In this document: piece after piece, positions 1 through 13,299 of the stretch | Layout: each line of letters opens with the position of its first letter | Numbering within the stretch: the first letter of the stretch is position 1 | Virus record (IMG/VR): IMGVR_UViG_3300025872_000063 | Coordinates: 1 to 58,928 of that record | Reading direction: 5' to 3' (one strand) | DNA: 58,928 nt | DNA from: a virus | Taxonomy: Duplodnaviria; Caudoviricetes | The notes under the pieces: model-generated | Seen by the model: only the letters and a program-made list of their open reading frames with translations | Database searches by the model: none | What the model was told of the DNA's origin: nothing | Translations under genes and position numbers: made by a program

Positions 1-3046
<3,046 letters not shown>

Positions 3047-3092
3047 GTGCTACCTCTCGTTCAACGTGATAGATGACTTGTTCACGGACGCG

Positions 3093-4049
3093 TCACGCCC
3101 AGGTGGCGTAAAGATCGACTACGAGATGCGATGCTTGACTTGAAAACACGTTGATTGTTCCGTTTACGACGGGAACAATGACAGCGTTGCACACAGCATT
3201 TGAATTCTGGTAGTTTAATGCTGATGTGGTTGGGCGGACACTTCCGGGTGCCCACGCGGTCATGTATCCTGGACCTGCTGCCCCTACTGCGGTTATGTTG
3301 ATCATAGCAGCAGAGATGTTGCTGTTCGGTCCAAGTGCGACTATACGAGTAGTTCCGGCTTCAAGTTTTGAATTATTTGATCTAGTGTCAAGTATTCTGA
3401 CGGGTGGATTTAAGATTTCCATGTTGTCCTCGAGTAAAATTGAAGTTGATGGTTTTGTTGCTGAAAATACATCTTGTCTAAACTTATCCATGTCCCAGCT
3501 GCTCTTGTCTGGGCTCCATGGAGACGGTCCGGCAGGGTCAATTTTCCTTGTCGGCGCCCATTCAAAATGTCCTCTAACATTTTTTATTGGAATTTGATAT
3601 GCGGAGCATAGTGCGGCACACAGTGTTACATACGCCTTTGTTTGAACTTCTGGCCACGGCTCGCCTATTCCATTATTTGCTGCTTCAATGCTGATTGCAT
3701 AGTGATTCATCATGTTGTCCGGAACTTGTCCGTTCCATGAGATACTTGATCCTTTTCCATTTGTAGCTACACGTCCAGCCGCGATCACGTGACAGACCCC
3801 GTCGCGCGCAAGAAATATGTTGCATATCGGTGAAACTGGACCGTGCAAAATATAATTAATGTCGTTTTCAACTGCTGTTTTGCTTGCCGTGTGATGCACC
3901 ATGACATGCGTTGGTTTTACAACGTATCCCGGAGGAGTCCACGTTGCAAAGGTTCTTGTTTTCCATCCGTCAATCTCTACAACGGACAATCCAGCGTTCT
4001 TTAAAACTAATGCTAGGTTAGACAGCCAAAATGCCATAAAATCCTCCAA
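3093..4049 (-). CDS. N-acetylmuramoyl-L-alanine amidase (Amidase_2 endolysin) with C-terminal actinobacterial cell-surface domain
   Basis: VMVHHTAS, SIEAAN, GHFEW and KIDP amidase motifs; C-terminal PVRILDTR...GYMTAW...RPTTSALNY...HLVVD domain. Confidence 0.85.
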   Translation of the reverse strand: MEDFMAFWLSNLALVLKNAGLSVVEIDGWKTRTFATWTPPGYVVKPTHVMVHHTASKTAVENDINYILHGPVSPICNIFLARDGVCHVIAAGRVATNGKGSSISWNGQVPDNMMNHYAISIEAANNGIGEPWPEVQTKAYVTLCAALCSAYQIPIKNVRGHFEWAPTRKIDPAGPSPWSPDKSSWDMDKFRQDVFSATKPSTSILLEDNMEILNPPVRILDTRSNNSKLEAGTTRIVALGPNSNISAAMINITAVGAAGPGYMTAWAPGSVRPTTSALNYQNSNAVCNAVIVPVVNGTINVFSSQASHLVVDLYATWA

Positions 4050-4086
4050 TATAGATATTATACTTCAGTAGCGTGAACACTTTGAT

Positions 4087-5598
4087 TTACGGTTGCACGA
4101 CGTAGGCTGCAACCGCGCCGGCGTCTGTGGCATCAAAGAACGTGATAGTTATAATTGCTGTTTTGTTCGCGGCGATGCTTGTCGGTGTTGCTGAACCGAC
4201 AAATGTCCATGCTGGAAACGCGAGTGCTCGTATGGCAGCGCCTGCAGAAAGTTTAATTGTTATGACTTTTCCAGCGGCCCTGTTTGTTGTTGTAAATGTG
4301 ACTCCACCGGTCAGTGAAATTGTTTGATATGTTCCATTAAGAGCTGTCGCGTCAAGGTTTACTGTGCCTGTTGTTGCGAGCGAGTTTCCGACTGTTCGTG
4401 TTAGCGGGGCATAGACAGAACTGAACGCTGAATCCGAGGCCAGAGTAGTTCTTGTGATATTTTCCCATAGCGCAGAACTTGTTCTAGTCAGTAAGTCACC
4501 AGTTGCTAGGTTCGTGTACGCAACATCGTGAAGTTCATCTACTTCATATCCATTTTGAACTTTTACGGCGATAATCCCGTTGTTAGCTTGTACAACGCAG
4601 ACACCAACCATTACTAGGTGATTTGGAGCTGTTGTCTTTGTTGTTGTCATTCCTCCAGCTACTGTTGGGGAAAGCCAAATTATCGCGCCTTCTGTCAGGG
4701 CAGAAGTGTTGATATTGCGGACAAATCCTTCTGTCATGACAAAGCCTGTTTGATTATCAGCGATGTCTTCCGCGGCAACACCGTATGTTTTGCTGGAATT
4801 TGCGTCTGTAGTAGCTTGAGCTAGGGCTACGCCTATACGTTGTCCTGATGAACCAAAAAGTCTGACTACTTGTCCTCGAGTTATTATTGTGCCGGTTCTG
4901 TTTACAACACGTTGGACTTGTTCTTGTCCGACTTGAATTGTGACGTTTCCACCTTTTAGTCCGAGATCGAGAGAACCGTCTGTGTCGTTCCATGTCATCC
5001 GTCCGACCGTTACTGGATCGGAGTTTACTAAATCAAAGTTTAGTGAATCAACTGTTGGAGAGTCTGTCCATCCGGTTGCGTAATCTCCGGAGCCGGTTTT
5101 TGCTAAAAGATCTCCAATAGCGCCGCCGGCCGGCATTCCACTTCCTGCTGGTCCAGTCGCTCCAGCTGGTCCTTGCGGTCCAGTTGGGCCCTGTATCCCA
5201 GCTATGCCTGCTACAGGTGTTTGCGTGCCGTAAAAACTGATTGGAGTTTCAGTCGTGCCAGCGCTTATGACATTGACGATATTTACGGGTGATCCGTCGT
5301 CATACGGAAGAAACATATAGAATTTTGTTTGTTTTGATCCGTATATGCGGACAACAACTTCATATGCCCAGCCTGCTGGTTTTAGAAGACTGTTGTCTGT
5401 TGTTGGAAGTTCAATGCTAAATGATCCGTTGACATCTAGTTCAATGATCATTCCGACGGTGTTTAGAAGAATGGTGTCGTTTTCATCAAGAATTCTTGCC
5501 GTTGGACGAAAAGATATTCTGCCGTTGGCTGGATTTCCATTGGCTGATAGATACGTACCAATTACTGTTCTTGTCAATACATCATTAGACCAGGGCAT
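4087..5598 (-). CDS. Minor tail/fibre protein with a short collagen segment
   Basis: N-terminus (MPWSNDVLTRTVIGTY...IELPTTDN..L.P.GW.YEV) is paralogous to the 1-3046 protein; GPTGPQGPAG segment; Thr/Ala-rich beta C-terminus. Confidence 0.75.
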   Translation of the reverse strand: MPWSNDVLTRTVIGTYLSANGNPANGRISFRPTARILDENDTILLNTVGMIIELDVNGSFSIELPTTDNSLLKPAGWAYEVVVRIYGSKQTKFYMFLPYDDGSPVNIVNVISAGTTETPISFYGTQTPVAGIAGIQGPTGPQGPAGATGPAGSGMPAGGAIGDLLAKTGSGDYATGWTDSPTVDSLNFDLVNSDPVTVGRMTWNDTDGSLDLGLKGGNVTIQVGQEQVQRVVNRTGTIITRGQVVRLFGSSGQRIGVALAQATTDANSSKTYGVAAEDIADNQTGFVMTEGFVRNINTSALTEGAIIWLSPTVAGGMTTTKTTAPNHLVMVGVCVVQANNGIIAVKVQNGYEVDELHDVAYTNLATGDLLTRTSSALWENITRTTLASDSAFSSVYAPLTRTVGNSLATTGTVNLDATALNGTYQTISLTGGVTFTTTNRAAGKVITIKLSAGAAIRALAFPAWTFVGSATPTSIAANKTAIITITFFDATDAGAVAAYVVQP

Positions 5599-5661
5599 GG
5601 CAGGCTCCAGAAAGTGTTCTAGTTAAATTTTACCATTTTCTATACTTTGTGATCGGGACTG

Positions 5662-6675
5662 TTAGTCAAGCCAGACGGTATATTCTGCTGTTACGCGACC
5701 TTTTTCTGGATCAATAAAATGAAGTCGCTGCGACGGCAGTCCTTTTGCTGCAACAAATTCTGCAGCATATACGCTTTCACTTTCTGGAGAACCTGACACA
5801 AAGATTCGTCCACCATTGGCCATGACAAGAGTCATAGGAGTATGGAAGTGACCCATGTACACATCTTTGAACTCTGGGACAACACCTGTTGCCCACGCGT
5901 TACACTTTCTCAGGATTCCAAATGCAGGTGTACCGCCTCCAAAGCTTTTTATTTCATCACCGTGTACGATGAGCGCTCGGTATGAGCCAATTTCAGCGAT
6001 CTGATACCAGTCTGCCGACAACTGCCATGTCACGTTCCTGAGATCTTTTGTTCTATCTTGTGTAATTCTGTATGAAATCGCGTCAATGTTATCATTTGCC
6101 GGAAGTTCTCCTTTTTTTCCGAGTCTTCCGTGATTTCCGTATTCGCAAATTACGTGAACTTTGTCAAAGTATTGAGCGATACTTCTTACCATGTATTCTT
6201 CTATTCGCACTGTTTCGAATAGTTGCTCGAACAGGTGCGCTTCAACTTCCCAGGCTTGCCCCGGAAATATCGTGATACCCTCGACCATGTCTCCACCAAA
6301 AACCAGCACCGCTTCTCGAACTGGATGATGGGTTCGCTGTATTGTTGTTAGTTCAAAAATTTTGTCAACAAACTGGCGAATTCTTTTGTCGCATGTCTCT
6401 ATCCCGTATCCGGCTGTCTTTTTTCCAAGTTGCCAGTCCGTTGCATGGATAAAAGCTATTTCACCTTTTTGCTTTCTCGTGTCCTTAGGCATCTTGGTAT
6501 TTGCGGGCAGTGAGCGTCCAGTAGAAACTGCGGCGTCACGTGCTGCTGTATAGACGGCTTCAACAATTATTTCATTTGCTCTTTTTGCTCGGTATTCCGC
6601 CTGCTGCGAGCGTTTAAGAGCCTTGCGAAGCTCTGTTATTTCATCTTCAGCTTTAATGTCATCAGATAGACTCAT
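5662..6675 (-). CDS. Calcineurin-like metallophosphoesterase
   Basis: DWQLG, GDMVEG, GNHG, HGD and GHFH motifs. Confidence 0.8.
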   Translation of the reverse strand: MSLSDDIKAEDEITELRKALKRSQQAEYRAKRANEIIVEAVYTAARDAAVSTGRSLPANTKMPKDTRKQKGEIAFIHATDWQLGKKTAGYGIETCDKRIRQFVDKIFELTTIQRTHHPVREAVLVFGGDMVEGITIFPGQAWEVEAHLFEQLFETVRIEEYMVRSIAQYFDKVHVICEYGNHGRLGKKGELPANDNIDAISYRITQDRTKDLRNVTWQLSADWYQIAEIGSYRALIVHGDEIKSFGGGTPAFGILRKCNAWATGVVPEFKDVYMGHFHTPMTLVMANGGRIFVSGSPESESVYAAEFVAAKGLPSQRLHFIDPEKGRVTAEYTVWLD

Positions 6676-6910
6676 GGATATCGGTTACCAGTTCTCCGCG
6701 ACGATAGCGGCCTATTACGTCTATATTTAGTTTATATCCGCGCTTTTTCATTGCTTCACGGATATTAGATGCAGGTATGCTGTGGTCATCCAGCGCTGTC
6801 AGGAGATCAGCTTGATCTTCTTCAGAAAGTTCTTCAAGAATTTCTAAAATTCTGGGCTTTTTTCCCATTCTTGATCCTTCATTTTTTATGTCATTGAGTA
6901 GGTTACCCAC
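6662..6910 (-). CDS. Hypothetical protein, coupled to the phosphoesterase
   Basis: GAGGAG RBS; overlaps the start of the next gene. Confidence 0.7.
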   Translation of the reverse strand: MGNLLNDIKNEGSRMGKKPRILEILEELSEEDQADLLTALDDHSIPASNIREAMKKRGYKLNIDVIGRYRRGELVTDIHESI

Positions 6911-7181
6911 TTCTCTCCTCGATGTTTAGTACATGTACGGTACGTATTACTGCAGGATGTACTTGACTTTATCATAAATTGCAAGTACTAGAGCGTGTTA
7001 AAGTATGGTTCTTGATCCGCAAAAAACACTGGTCGATTCACTAATTTTTCGGTTCAGGATATATAGTCAACCTTGACGCTGAAGGCATCGTCTATAGTGT
7101 CGTCTTTCTATTCAACAAGGGCACGTTGATGATAAAATTTGTATCTTCGATGATGTTCTTCACCTTTTTACGGCGGTCTTC

Positions 7182-9803
7182 GTGACTTCATGGGAATCAG
7201 CCAACGGACGTCTTGGTCCTGCCGCCACGTGGTACGCGGAGCGTGGCTGGCACATTATGCCGTGCTACGGAATTGTCAACGGAAAATGCACGTGCGGTGG
7301 CACACATCTCGAGCCGAAAGACGTTGGCAAGCATCCATCTATTCCTGAATGGAACATTAATGCCACGAATGATTTAGAAAAAGTACGGTCATGGTGGTCA
7401 AATGGATCAGAAGGAAACGTTAGTGTATTTTGTCGACCAAGTGGATTTTTTGTCATTGACATTGATCCACGTTCAGGCGGACCAGATTCATTTGATAAGT
7501 TTGAGGCTCTAGTTGATGGAGCGCTTCCTCAAACTGTCGAGGCGATAACGGGAGAGTATTCTGTAGGTGGTCAACGAATCCGTGGACGGCATCTTTTTTA
7601 CAGATGTGATGAATCAGAAGTTCTCGTTGGAAATCTAAAAAAGTCTGGTCTTAACGGAGTTGACATTAAGCACAACGGATACGTTCTGATTGCGCCGTCA
7701 AGACATTTTTCAGGAGTCTGCTACGACTGGGTGGACGGAAAAGCTCCATGGCAAATAGAAATTGCAAAAGCTCCAGAGCAACTTTTAGCAGCTCTACGAA
7801 AAAGATCAAGACGTCTTGAATCAGCTCTCGGTGAAGGCGAGTGGGGTTTTCTTGACGGACTGGAATTCGGTGGAGAACGCGTAGACGTCGACCGACTTCT
7901 TTCAGACGGAATAGATGAAGGATCGCGCGCGGTAGACATCTATTCAATGACTTGTGCAATTGCAAATAAGTTTCCCATCAATACCGAAGCTGGGAGACTT
8001 GCAGTCGAGACAATGATGATCAGGTTTAACGCTGAGAAAGTTAGACCACCTCTTGAACTTGAAGGTCCTGGAGGACTGTTGATGCATGTTCGTCGTGCAA
8101 TACAGTTTGTCATTGACAACCCGAAGACTGAACGTCTTTGGCCTGGACTTCAAGAATGGGCAATTAAGTCACAAGAAGAGACAAATTCAACTTCCACCGC
8201 CAAAAAGCAGAAGACTTCTAAAAATGCAACTACGGTTCAAAATTACAGTGATAGTCATCTTCCTGGCACTATTGGCGGTGCTGTTAAAGATTCTCTCGCC
8301 GACGGTGACTCGCTTGCAGTCGCTAGTAGACTCTCAAATATCGACGTTCCGCTTGACCCTGACGCGCTTGGTGAGGATGAAGGTGGCGAACCTGGAAAAA
8401 GAACGCTTACGGATACTGGAAACGGACGGCGACTCGTTGATTCTTTTGGCGCTGCTGTCAGATATACTCCGGGACTAGGTTGGTTTCATTGGGACGGTGG
8501 ATACTGGAAGCCAGACACCGAAAATCTGGAAATGAGAGAACTTTCAAAAAAGATCTCTCCGATCATTGCAAGCGAAGTAATTCACTATCTAGATGATGCG
8601 GATAAGCAGTCAGAAGTAGTGAAATGGGCACAGCAAGCAAAATCAAATGCACGAATTAACAGCGCGATTGAAAGTGCCACATCAGATCCGAGAGTGTTCA
8701 TAAACGTTGAGTCGTGGGACAGCGATGAGACACTACTTGGTGTTGCCAATGGCGTAATCGATCTAAGAACTGGTGATCTCTTGAAAGGTCGACCAGATCT
8801 GTTTATTACCCGAAGAGCTCCTGTCGCATACAATCCAGGAATTAGAAATATCCGCTGGGAACAGTTTTTAGATTTTGCAACAAACGGTGACAAAGAGCTT
8901 CAAGAATGGTTGCAAAAAGCGGCTGGATATTCAATGACTGGACTTCGTACATATGACGTGATGTTCATGGTGTACGGCCCGCCTGGATCTGGAAAAAACA
9001 CCCTTGTTGAAGCCCTTGTAAAAGCTCTAGGAACTTCGCAATACGCGTGGCCACTTGACTCAAGCATTCTTGCTCAGGGCGACGGTCAGGCGCACGGTTC
9101 AGATCTATATCACTGGGCTGAACTACGCGGTCGACGTTTTGTGTGGGTTGACGAACTCCCAGAATCAGAGCGTCTTAAAGAAAACTCGATCAAAAAATTG
9201 ACAGGTTCTAGCGAAATTTCCGCGAGATCTCCTGGAGAAAAACCATTCACGTTTCAGTCTAGAGCAAAGCTGTGGGTCACAACAAACCATAGACCGATCA
9301 TCAATGATGATGCCATGTGGAGACGAATTCGACCTGTACCACTGACAAACGTGCCAGAAAACCCTGATCCAGACCTCAAGCACTATATATTTGACCCAGA
9401 AGGTGCTCTTCCAGCGGTTCTTTCCTGGGCTGTTGAAGGTGCCATTAAACTTCTCGGGTCAAGCGCTAGAGATGCTCTAGGATGGTGTTCGGCCGTCAGC
9501 GAAGCGTCAGAGATTTACAGAAAAAATGAAGACAGAATCGGATTCTTTCTTCTCGAGGAAACAAAAGAATCTGAAGGAGCTACGACTCCGATTAAATCTC
9601 TATATGCTGTATATCGGGTATGGAGTGAGGAACGTGGCGAAAAGCCGATGACACAGATCGCGTTTCAACGAAAATTGAGCGAACGTGGTATAAAAATCGA
9701 GGGATTTGGCTCGAGGGCAGAAATTCATGGATACATGTTGATGCCAAGAGCTGTTTCAACGGGTGATGTTGACTGGGGAATGGCAACGAGGTTTGCGCGA
9801 TAA
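7182..9803 (+). CDS. Bifunctional DNA primase/polymerase fused to a D5/P4-family SF3 helicase
   Basis: N-terminal VIDIDPRSGG, GRHLFY and GYVLIAPSRH (Prim-Pol); TDTGNG D5_N; Walker A GPPGSGKNT; TNHRP, DDAMWRRI. Confidence 0.92.
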   Translation: MTSWESANGRLGPAATWYAERGWHIMPCYGIVNGKCTCGGTHLEPKDVGKHPSIPEWNINATNDLEKVRSWWSNGSEGNVSVFCRPSGFFVIDIDPRSGGPDSFDKFEALVDGALPQTVEAITGEYSVGGQRIRGRHLFYRCDESEVLVGNLKKSGLNGVDIKHNGYVLIAPSRHFSGVCYDWVDGKAPWQIEIAKAPEQLLAALRKRSRRLESALGEGEWGFLDGLEFGGERVDVDRLLSDGIDEGSRAVDIYSMTCAIANKFPINTEAGRLAVETMMIRFNAEKVRPPLELEGPGGLLMHVRRAIQFVIDNPKTERLWPGLQEWAIKSQEETNSTSTAKKQKTSKNATTVQNYSDSHLPGTIGGAVKDSLADGDSLAVASRLSNIDVPLDPDALGEDEGGEPGKRTLTDTGNGRRLVDSFGAAVRYTPGLGWFHWDGGYWKPDTENLEMRELSKKISPIIASEVIHYLDDADKQSEVVKWAQQAKSNARINSAIESATSDPRVFINVESWDSDETLLGVANGVIDLRTGDLLKGRPDLFITRRAPVAYNPGIRNIRWEQFLDFATNGDKELQEWLQKAAGYSMTGLRTYDVMFMVYGPPGSGKNTLVEALVKALGTSQYAWPLDSSILAQGDGQAHGSDLYHWAELRGRRFVWVDELPESERLKENSIKKLTGSSEISARSPGEKPFTFQSRAKLWVTTNHRPIINDDAMWRRIRPVPLTNVPENPDPDLKHYIFDPEGALPAVLSWAVEGAIKLLGSSARDALGWCSAVSEASEIYRKNEDRIGFFLLEETKESEGATTPIKSLYAVYRVWSEERGEKPMTQIAFQRKLSERGIKIEGFGSRAEIHGYMLMPRAVSTGDVDWGMATRFAR

Positions 9804-10051
9804 TGATTTCTAAATATGGAACTATCTGTATCGAGATGGCTGGAAATAATTTGACAGTCGCCGATGTACGTGAATGGCTACGACTTGTAGATGAACTTGA
9901 TCTAGACGACAGCACAGTTTTAAACATGTCAACTCTTAGAGTGATAGTTAAAACTACAAACATCGAGCCATTGTCGTGTGGAGATTGCGAACCGCAGATT
10001 GCCCACGCGGGGCATTCATTGTGGCTTAAGGAATGTTCTAAAAAGGACTAA
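9803..10051 (+). CDS. Hypothetical protein
   Basis: Start overlaps the primase stop (TAATG). Confidence 0.6.
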   Translation: MISKYGTICIEMAGNNLTVADVREWLRLVDELDLDDSTVLNMSTLRVIVKTTNIEPLSCGDCEPQIAHAGHSLWLKECSKKD

Positions 10052-10098
10052 AGTTTGATCTTAGTGTCTTTCCAAGGCACTAGACACCAAATTAGTAG

Positions 10099-10132
10099 AG
10101 GTCGGAATGCTGCAAACATGCCGTTCCGACCT
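10099..10132. terminator. Hairpin between convergent genes
   Basis: AGGTCGGAA...TTCCGACCT inverted repeat. Confidence 0.5.
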
Positions 10133-10804
10133 TTACTGTATGTCGTCATCTTTTAGTCTATTCACAAGGTTGTAGACAGTTGATGGAAACCATTTTCCAC
10201 CATGTGTTGTCTGTATTTCTTCTGAATTCAGGTAGTCGGCGATCTTAGAGTAGGACATTCCAGAATCACGTAAGGAAACAATTTTCTTGCGTGTATCAAC
10301 AGATATTTTTGTTTTTGGTCCAAGATCAACTCCCCATGTTTTACCAAGTGCCCTACGTTCCTTGTGAACGTCTTTTTGACGTTCTGCAATGATTGCACGT
10401 TCCATCTCGGCGAGCGCGCTCATGACTGTTAAAACAAATCTGCCTTGATAGCTCGATGTATCAAGATTAAGATCAAGAAGTACAATTCTCCACTCTTTTG
10501 TATTTGCTCTATCGATGATGCTTAGAAAGTCTTTTGTCGAGCGTGCAAGTCTGTCTAATCGAGTAACAAAAAGAGCAGCGGCTTCTCCAGTGTCAAGACG
10601 TTCGAGAGCGCTCCGTAGGACGGGTCGACCAGATATGCTTTTTCCAGATCGACCTTCCTCGCGGAGGAGTTCTACATTTGTAAAGCCGGCGAGTTCTGCT
10701 GCTCGGCGGAGTTCTCGTTCCTGCGCGTCAAGTGACATTCCATCATTTGCCTGCATCGCCGTCGAGACGCGCGCGTAGAGAAGTGCTAGATCACTGGTGG
10801 CCAC
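10133..10804 (-). CDS. Serine recombinase (resolvase/invertase family) with C-terminal HTH
   Basis: YARVST..Q..G.SLDAQ, SG....RP.L and RLDRLAR motifs; probable GTG start at 10804. Confidence 0.88.
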   Translation of the reverse strand: MATSDLALLYARVSTAMQANDGMSLDAQERELRRAAELAGFTNVELLREEGRSGKSISGRPVLRSALERLDTGEAAALFVTRLDRLARSTKDFLSIIDRANTKEWRIVLLDLNLDTSSYQGRFVLTVMSALAEMERAIIAERQKDVHKERRALGKTWGVDLGPKTKISVDTRKKIVSLRDSGMSYSKIADYLNSEEIQTTHGGKWFPSTVYNLVNRLKDDDIQ

Positions 10805-11054
10805 GGTCAATCTCTTCCTGAATTTCTTTCTCGAGCGGATCTTCTGACATGTCGTAGAACAGGTCATCGTACTTGGAAAACAACCGTTCAACAGCCTTTG
10901 TCGCGTCGGCAAGTTCGTGAACTCCGTTGCTGCAGCACCAGGTGTCGTAGGTCAGCTCGACCGTTAGTTTTACTCCACCGGTCTCCTCGCTGAATCCCGT
11001 CGAGATGCTCTGCACGCGAAGGCGAGCGGGAGAACTTGGCCGTGGGTCTCTCAT
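10791..11054 (-). CDS. Hypothetical protein
   Basis: ORF whose end overlaps the recombinase start. Confidence 0.55.
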   Translation of the reverse strand: MRDPRPSSPARLRVQSISTGFSEETGGVKLTVELTYDTWCCSNGVHELADATKAVERLFSKYDDLFYDMSEDPLEKEIQEEIDRGHQ

Positions 11055-11330
11055 GTCTTTATCCGATCTGGGCGGTGTGTTTGGTACAATTCAGATCATA
11101 CAACGTTTTGGTTAAGGTTGTATAGAAAATAGGGGCGTCTAGCAGGCTGTTTACCGCGAATTTTCAGCGGCAGGTATTGATTTATCGGTAGATCACGCCA
11201 AAAACGCAAAATATTGATAAATTGATCCAGTAGTCCTAAAACCATCATTTTAGAAGGAAATGTGACTACAGACTGGTCTTTTTCGACTACTTCCGCGTGG
11301 AGTGTCAAAGAACAGAAAAAGACCAGTCGC

Positions 11331-11401
11331 GCGAGTAAGGTGTTACGGCAGCACTCCACTCTTCCAAAGTGGAAGCACGGGTTCGACTCCCGTTACTCGC
11401 T
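11331..11401 (+). tRNA. tRNA-Gly(TCC)
   Basis: Acceptor GCGAGTA/TACTCGC; anticodon arm CCACT-CTTCCAA-AGTGG; T arm ACGGG-TTCGACT-CCCGT. Confidence 0.9.
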
Positions 11402-11469
11402 CAGAGTTAAAGTCACTTTTTCAGCCGCAGTTATTGAAAGAACGCCGACGACTACAACGAGGAAGATCA

Positions 11470-12276
11470 ATGGACAAAAAAGCAATTGTCTTTGTCGTCG
11501 ATGACAATTACATTTCTCAGGCAAGATTGGCGATTCATGATGTATGGATTTCGTCTGGGCGGCAGTATCCTGTGTACGTCATTCACGCCGGTAGATTCTG
11601 TCAAGAATCGCAGGACCTACTTTTAAAAGACGCTGATCGACTGGGGATCGATCTTATTCTGTTTAATGCTATGTCGTATTCTGGAATGTTTTCTAAACTT
11701 GTCCAGAAAAATCACATTAGTCTTATCGCGTACGCGAAGTTGCTGATCGGCGAGCTGCTTTGGACCAAGGAAAAGATCACTACAGCGTACTATTTTGACG
11801 TTGATATTCTTGTTCTTAGAAAATTGGACGATCTTTTTAAGATCAAGCCAAAGAAAGCAATTGCAGCTGTTGATCACAACCTGAACAGCGAGCACAGACG
11901 ACTCTTCGGGACCGACGGTCGGTACATAAATACGGGAGTATTTGTTGCGAATCTTCCGAGATGGAACGCCATAAACGTAATGGAAAAATTTAAGAACGTC
12001 ATAGATGCAGATCCAAATAAATTGATCTATGCAGATCAAGATGTGATCATGCTCGCTCTAGAAGATGAAATTGAAGATCTCCCTGTCGAGTACAATTTTT
12101 TATTATATAAACAATGGAACCCGTACATCGAAACAACGATGTCTCCTCCGTGGAATTCGTCAGTGATCTCTCCAGCAATAGTTCACTTTGCTGGAGTAAA
12201 GAAACCATGGCATCCTGAGAGTAGAGACGAACTGTCAACGCAGTGGAGAAAGCGAAGAATGCTTCTTCCAAGCTGA
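11470..12276 (+). CDS. Glycosyltransferase family 8
   Basis: YFDVDILV (DxD), YINTGV, DQDVI, YN and IVHFAG.KKPW motifs; real start taken as the ATG at 11470. Confidence 0.88.
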   Translation: MDKKAIVFVVDDNYISQARLAIHDVWISSGRQYPVYVIHAGRFCQESQDLLLKDADRLGIDLILFNAMSYSGMFSKLVQKNHISLIAYAKLLIGELLWTKEKITTAYYFDVDILVLRKLDDLFKIKPKKAIAAVDHNLNSEHRRLFGTDGRYINTGVFVANLPRWNAINVMEKFKNVIDADPNKLIYADQDVIMLALEDEIEDLPVEYNFLLYKQWNPYIETTMSPPWNSSVISPAIVHFAGVKKPWHPESRDELSTQWRKRRMLLPS

Positions 12277-12487
12277 TTTTTGATGTTGGTGTAATCAAAC
12301 CGAAATACTCATGGTATAGTAGCGATTTACAATCCTCCAAACCGAGGCAGGTTACTGTCTTGAGGATTGACTCCATGTGAAATAAGACGTAGACCGCCGG
12401 GTTCTGCAATCAGAAGACGGTTCTTGTTTTGCAACCTACGAATACACTTGCCAGAAATGGTAAGCCACTATCCGAAAGGAGCGAACC

Positions 12488-13042
12488 ATGGGAGTACGGT
12501 TCAACTTAAAGAAAATTGCGATTGTCTGTATTCCGACACTCGTATTCGCGGCTTCGGCGTGTACGCCAGAACAGCTTGATACGTTTGAGAAGATCACAGG
12601 ACAAACGCTTCCTCAGAACATTCGTCAAGATTTGATTTCTCTGCCTGATGAGTCGATTCAGCTTCCAGACGGTAGAGAGATCAGAGCTGACGGGTCAATT
12701 ACACGAGAATTGCGAGCTCCGGCCGGTTCTAAGTGCCCGCAATTCTATGATGAAGCGATCGCGGCTGGATGGCCGGCGTCTAGCTGGAAAAGAATTGACT
12801 ACATCATCTTCAGAGAGTCTCGGTGTACGCCTGGCGCGTACAATGGGAAGGGACGAGATAACTCGTACGGACTGATGCAGCTTAACATGAAAGCGCTCAA
12901 GTCTTGGGTTGGCCCCATGGTTGACTGGGACTTTACAAGATTGTATGATCCCTACACCAATCTTGTGGTTGCAAGAGAGCTTTACAATAAGGCAGTTAGC
13001 ATGTGGGGATGCGGCTGGCGTCCGTGGGCGTTTAGGTGCTGA
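12488..13042 (+). CDS. Lytic transglycosylase (SLT/lysozyme-like) lipoprotein
   Basis: Lipobox-like ASAC; RESRC, SYGLMQLN, L.DP..N and W.PW motifs; GAAAGGAG RBS. Confidence 0.8.
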   Translation: MGVRFNLKKIAIVCIPTLVFAASACTPEQLDTFEKITGQTLPQNIRQDLISLPDESIQLPDGREIRADGSITRELRAPAGSKCPQFYDEAIAAGWPASSWKRIDYIIFRESRCTPGAYNGKGRDNSYGLMQLNMKALKSWVGPMVDWDFTRLYDPYTNLVVARELYNKAVSMWGCGWRPWAFRC

Positions 13043-13054
13043 AATTACGAGCAT

Positions 13055-13096
13055 AAATAAAGAAGCCGTGGCAATTAGCCACGGCTTTTTTATTTG
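13055..13096. terminator. Bidirectional intrinsic terminator
   Basis: AAGCCGTGGC-AATTA-GCCACGGCTT flanked by A and T tracts between convergent genes. Confidence 0.8.
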
Positions 13097-13107
13097 GTCA
13101 ATTTGAC

Positions 13108-13296
13108 TCAGTCTTTGTTTTTCTTACCTTTTGTCTTTTCAACATGAAGATCGTGAGTGCGTAGTGGGTGATCCGCTGGCAGTCGCGTGCGCTTTTTTCC
13201 AGCTTTTGTCCCTGAAATTGTCTCTATTTGACCTGTTAACGGGTTAAGTCTTGTCCGGCTTCCCTTTGACGGTTTTGCCTTACTCTGCTTCCCCAT
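13108..13296 (-). CDS. Small basic hypothetical protein
   Basis: Lys/Arg-rich ORF at the end of an operon. Confidence 0.55.
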   Translation of the reverse strand: MGKQSKAKPSKGSRTRLNPLTGQIETISGTKAGKKRTRLPADHPLRTHDLHVEKTKGKKNKD

Positions 13297-13299
13297 ACG

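Noticed and set aside
10133-10804. IS607-type insertion sequence
   Set aside because: No N-terminal MerR-like HTH and no adjacent tnpB.
11302-11469. N-terminal extension of the GT8 ORF
   Set aside because: Overlaps tRNA-Gly; the ATG at 11470 has an RBS and starts the domain.
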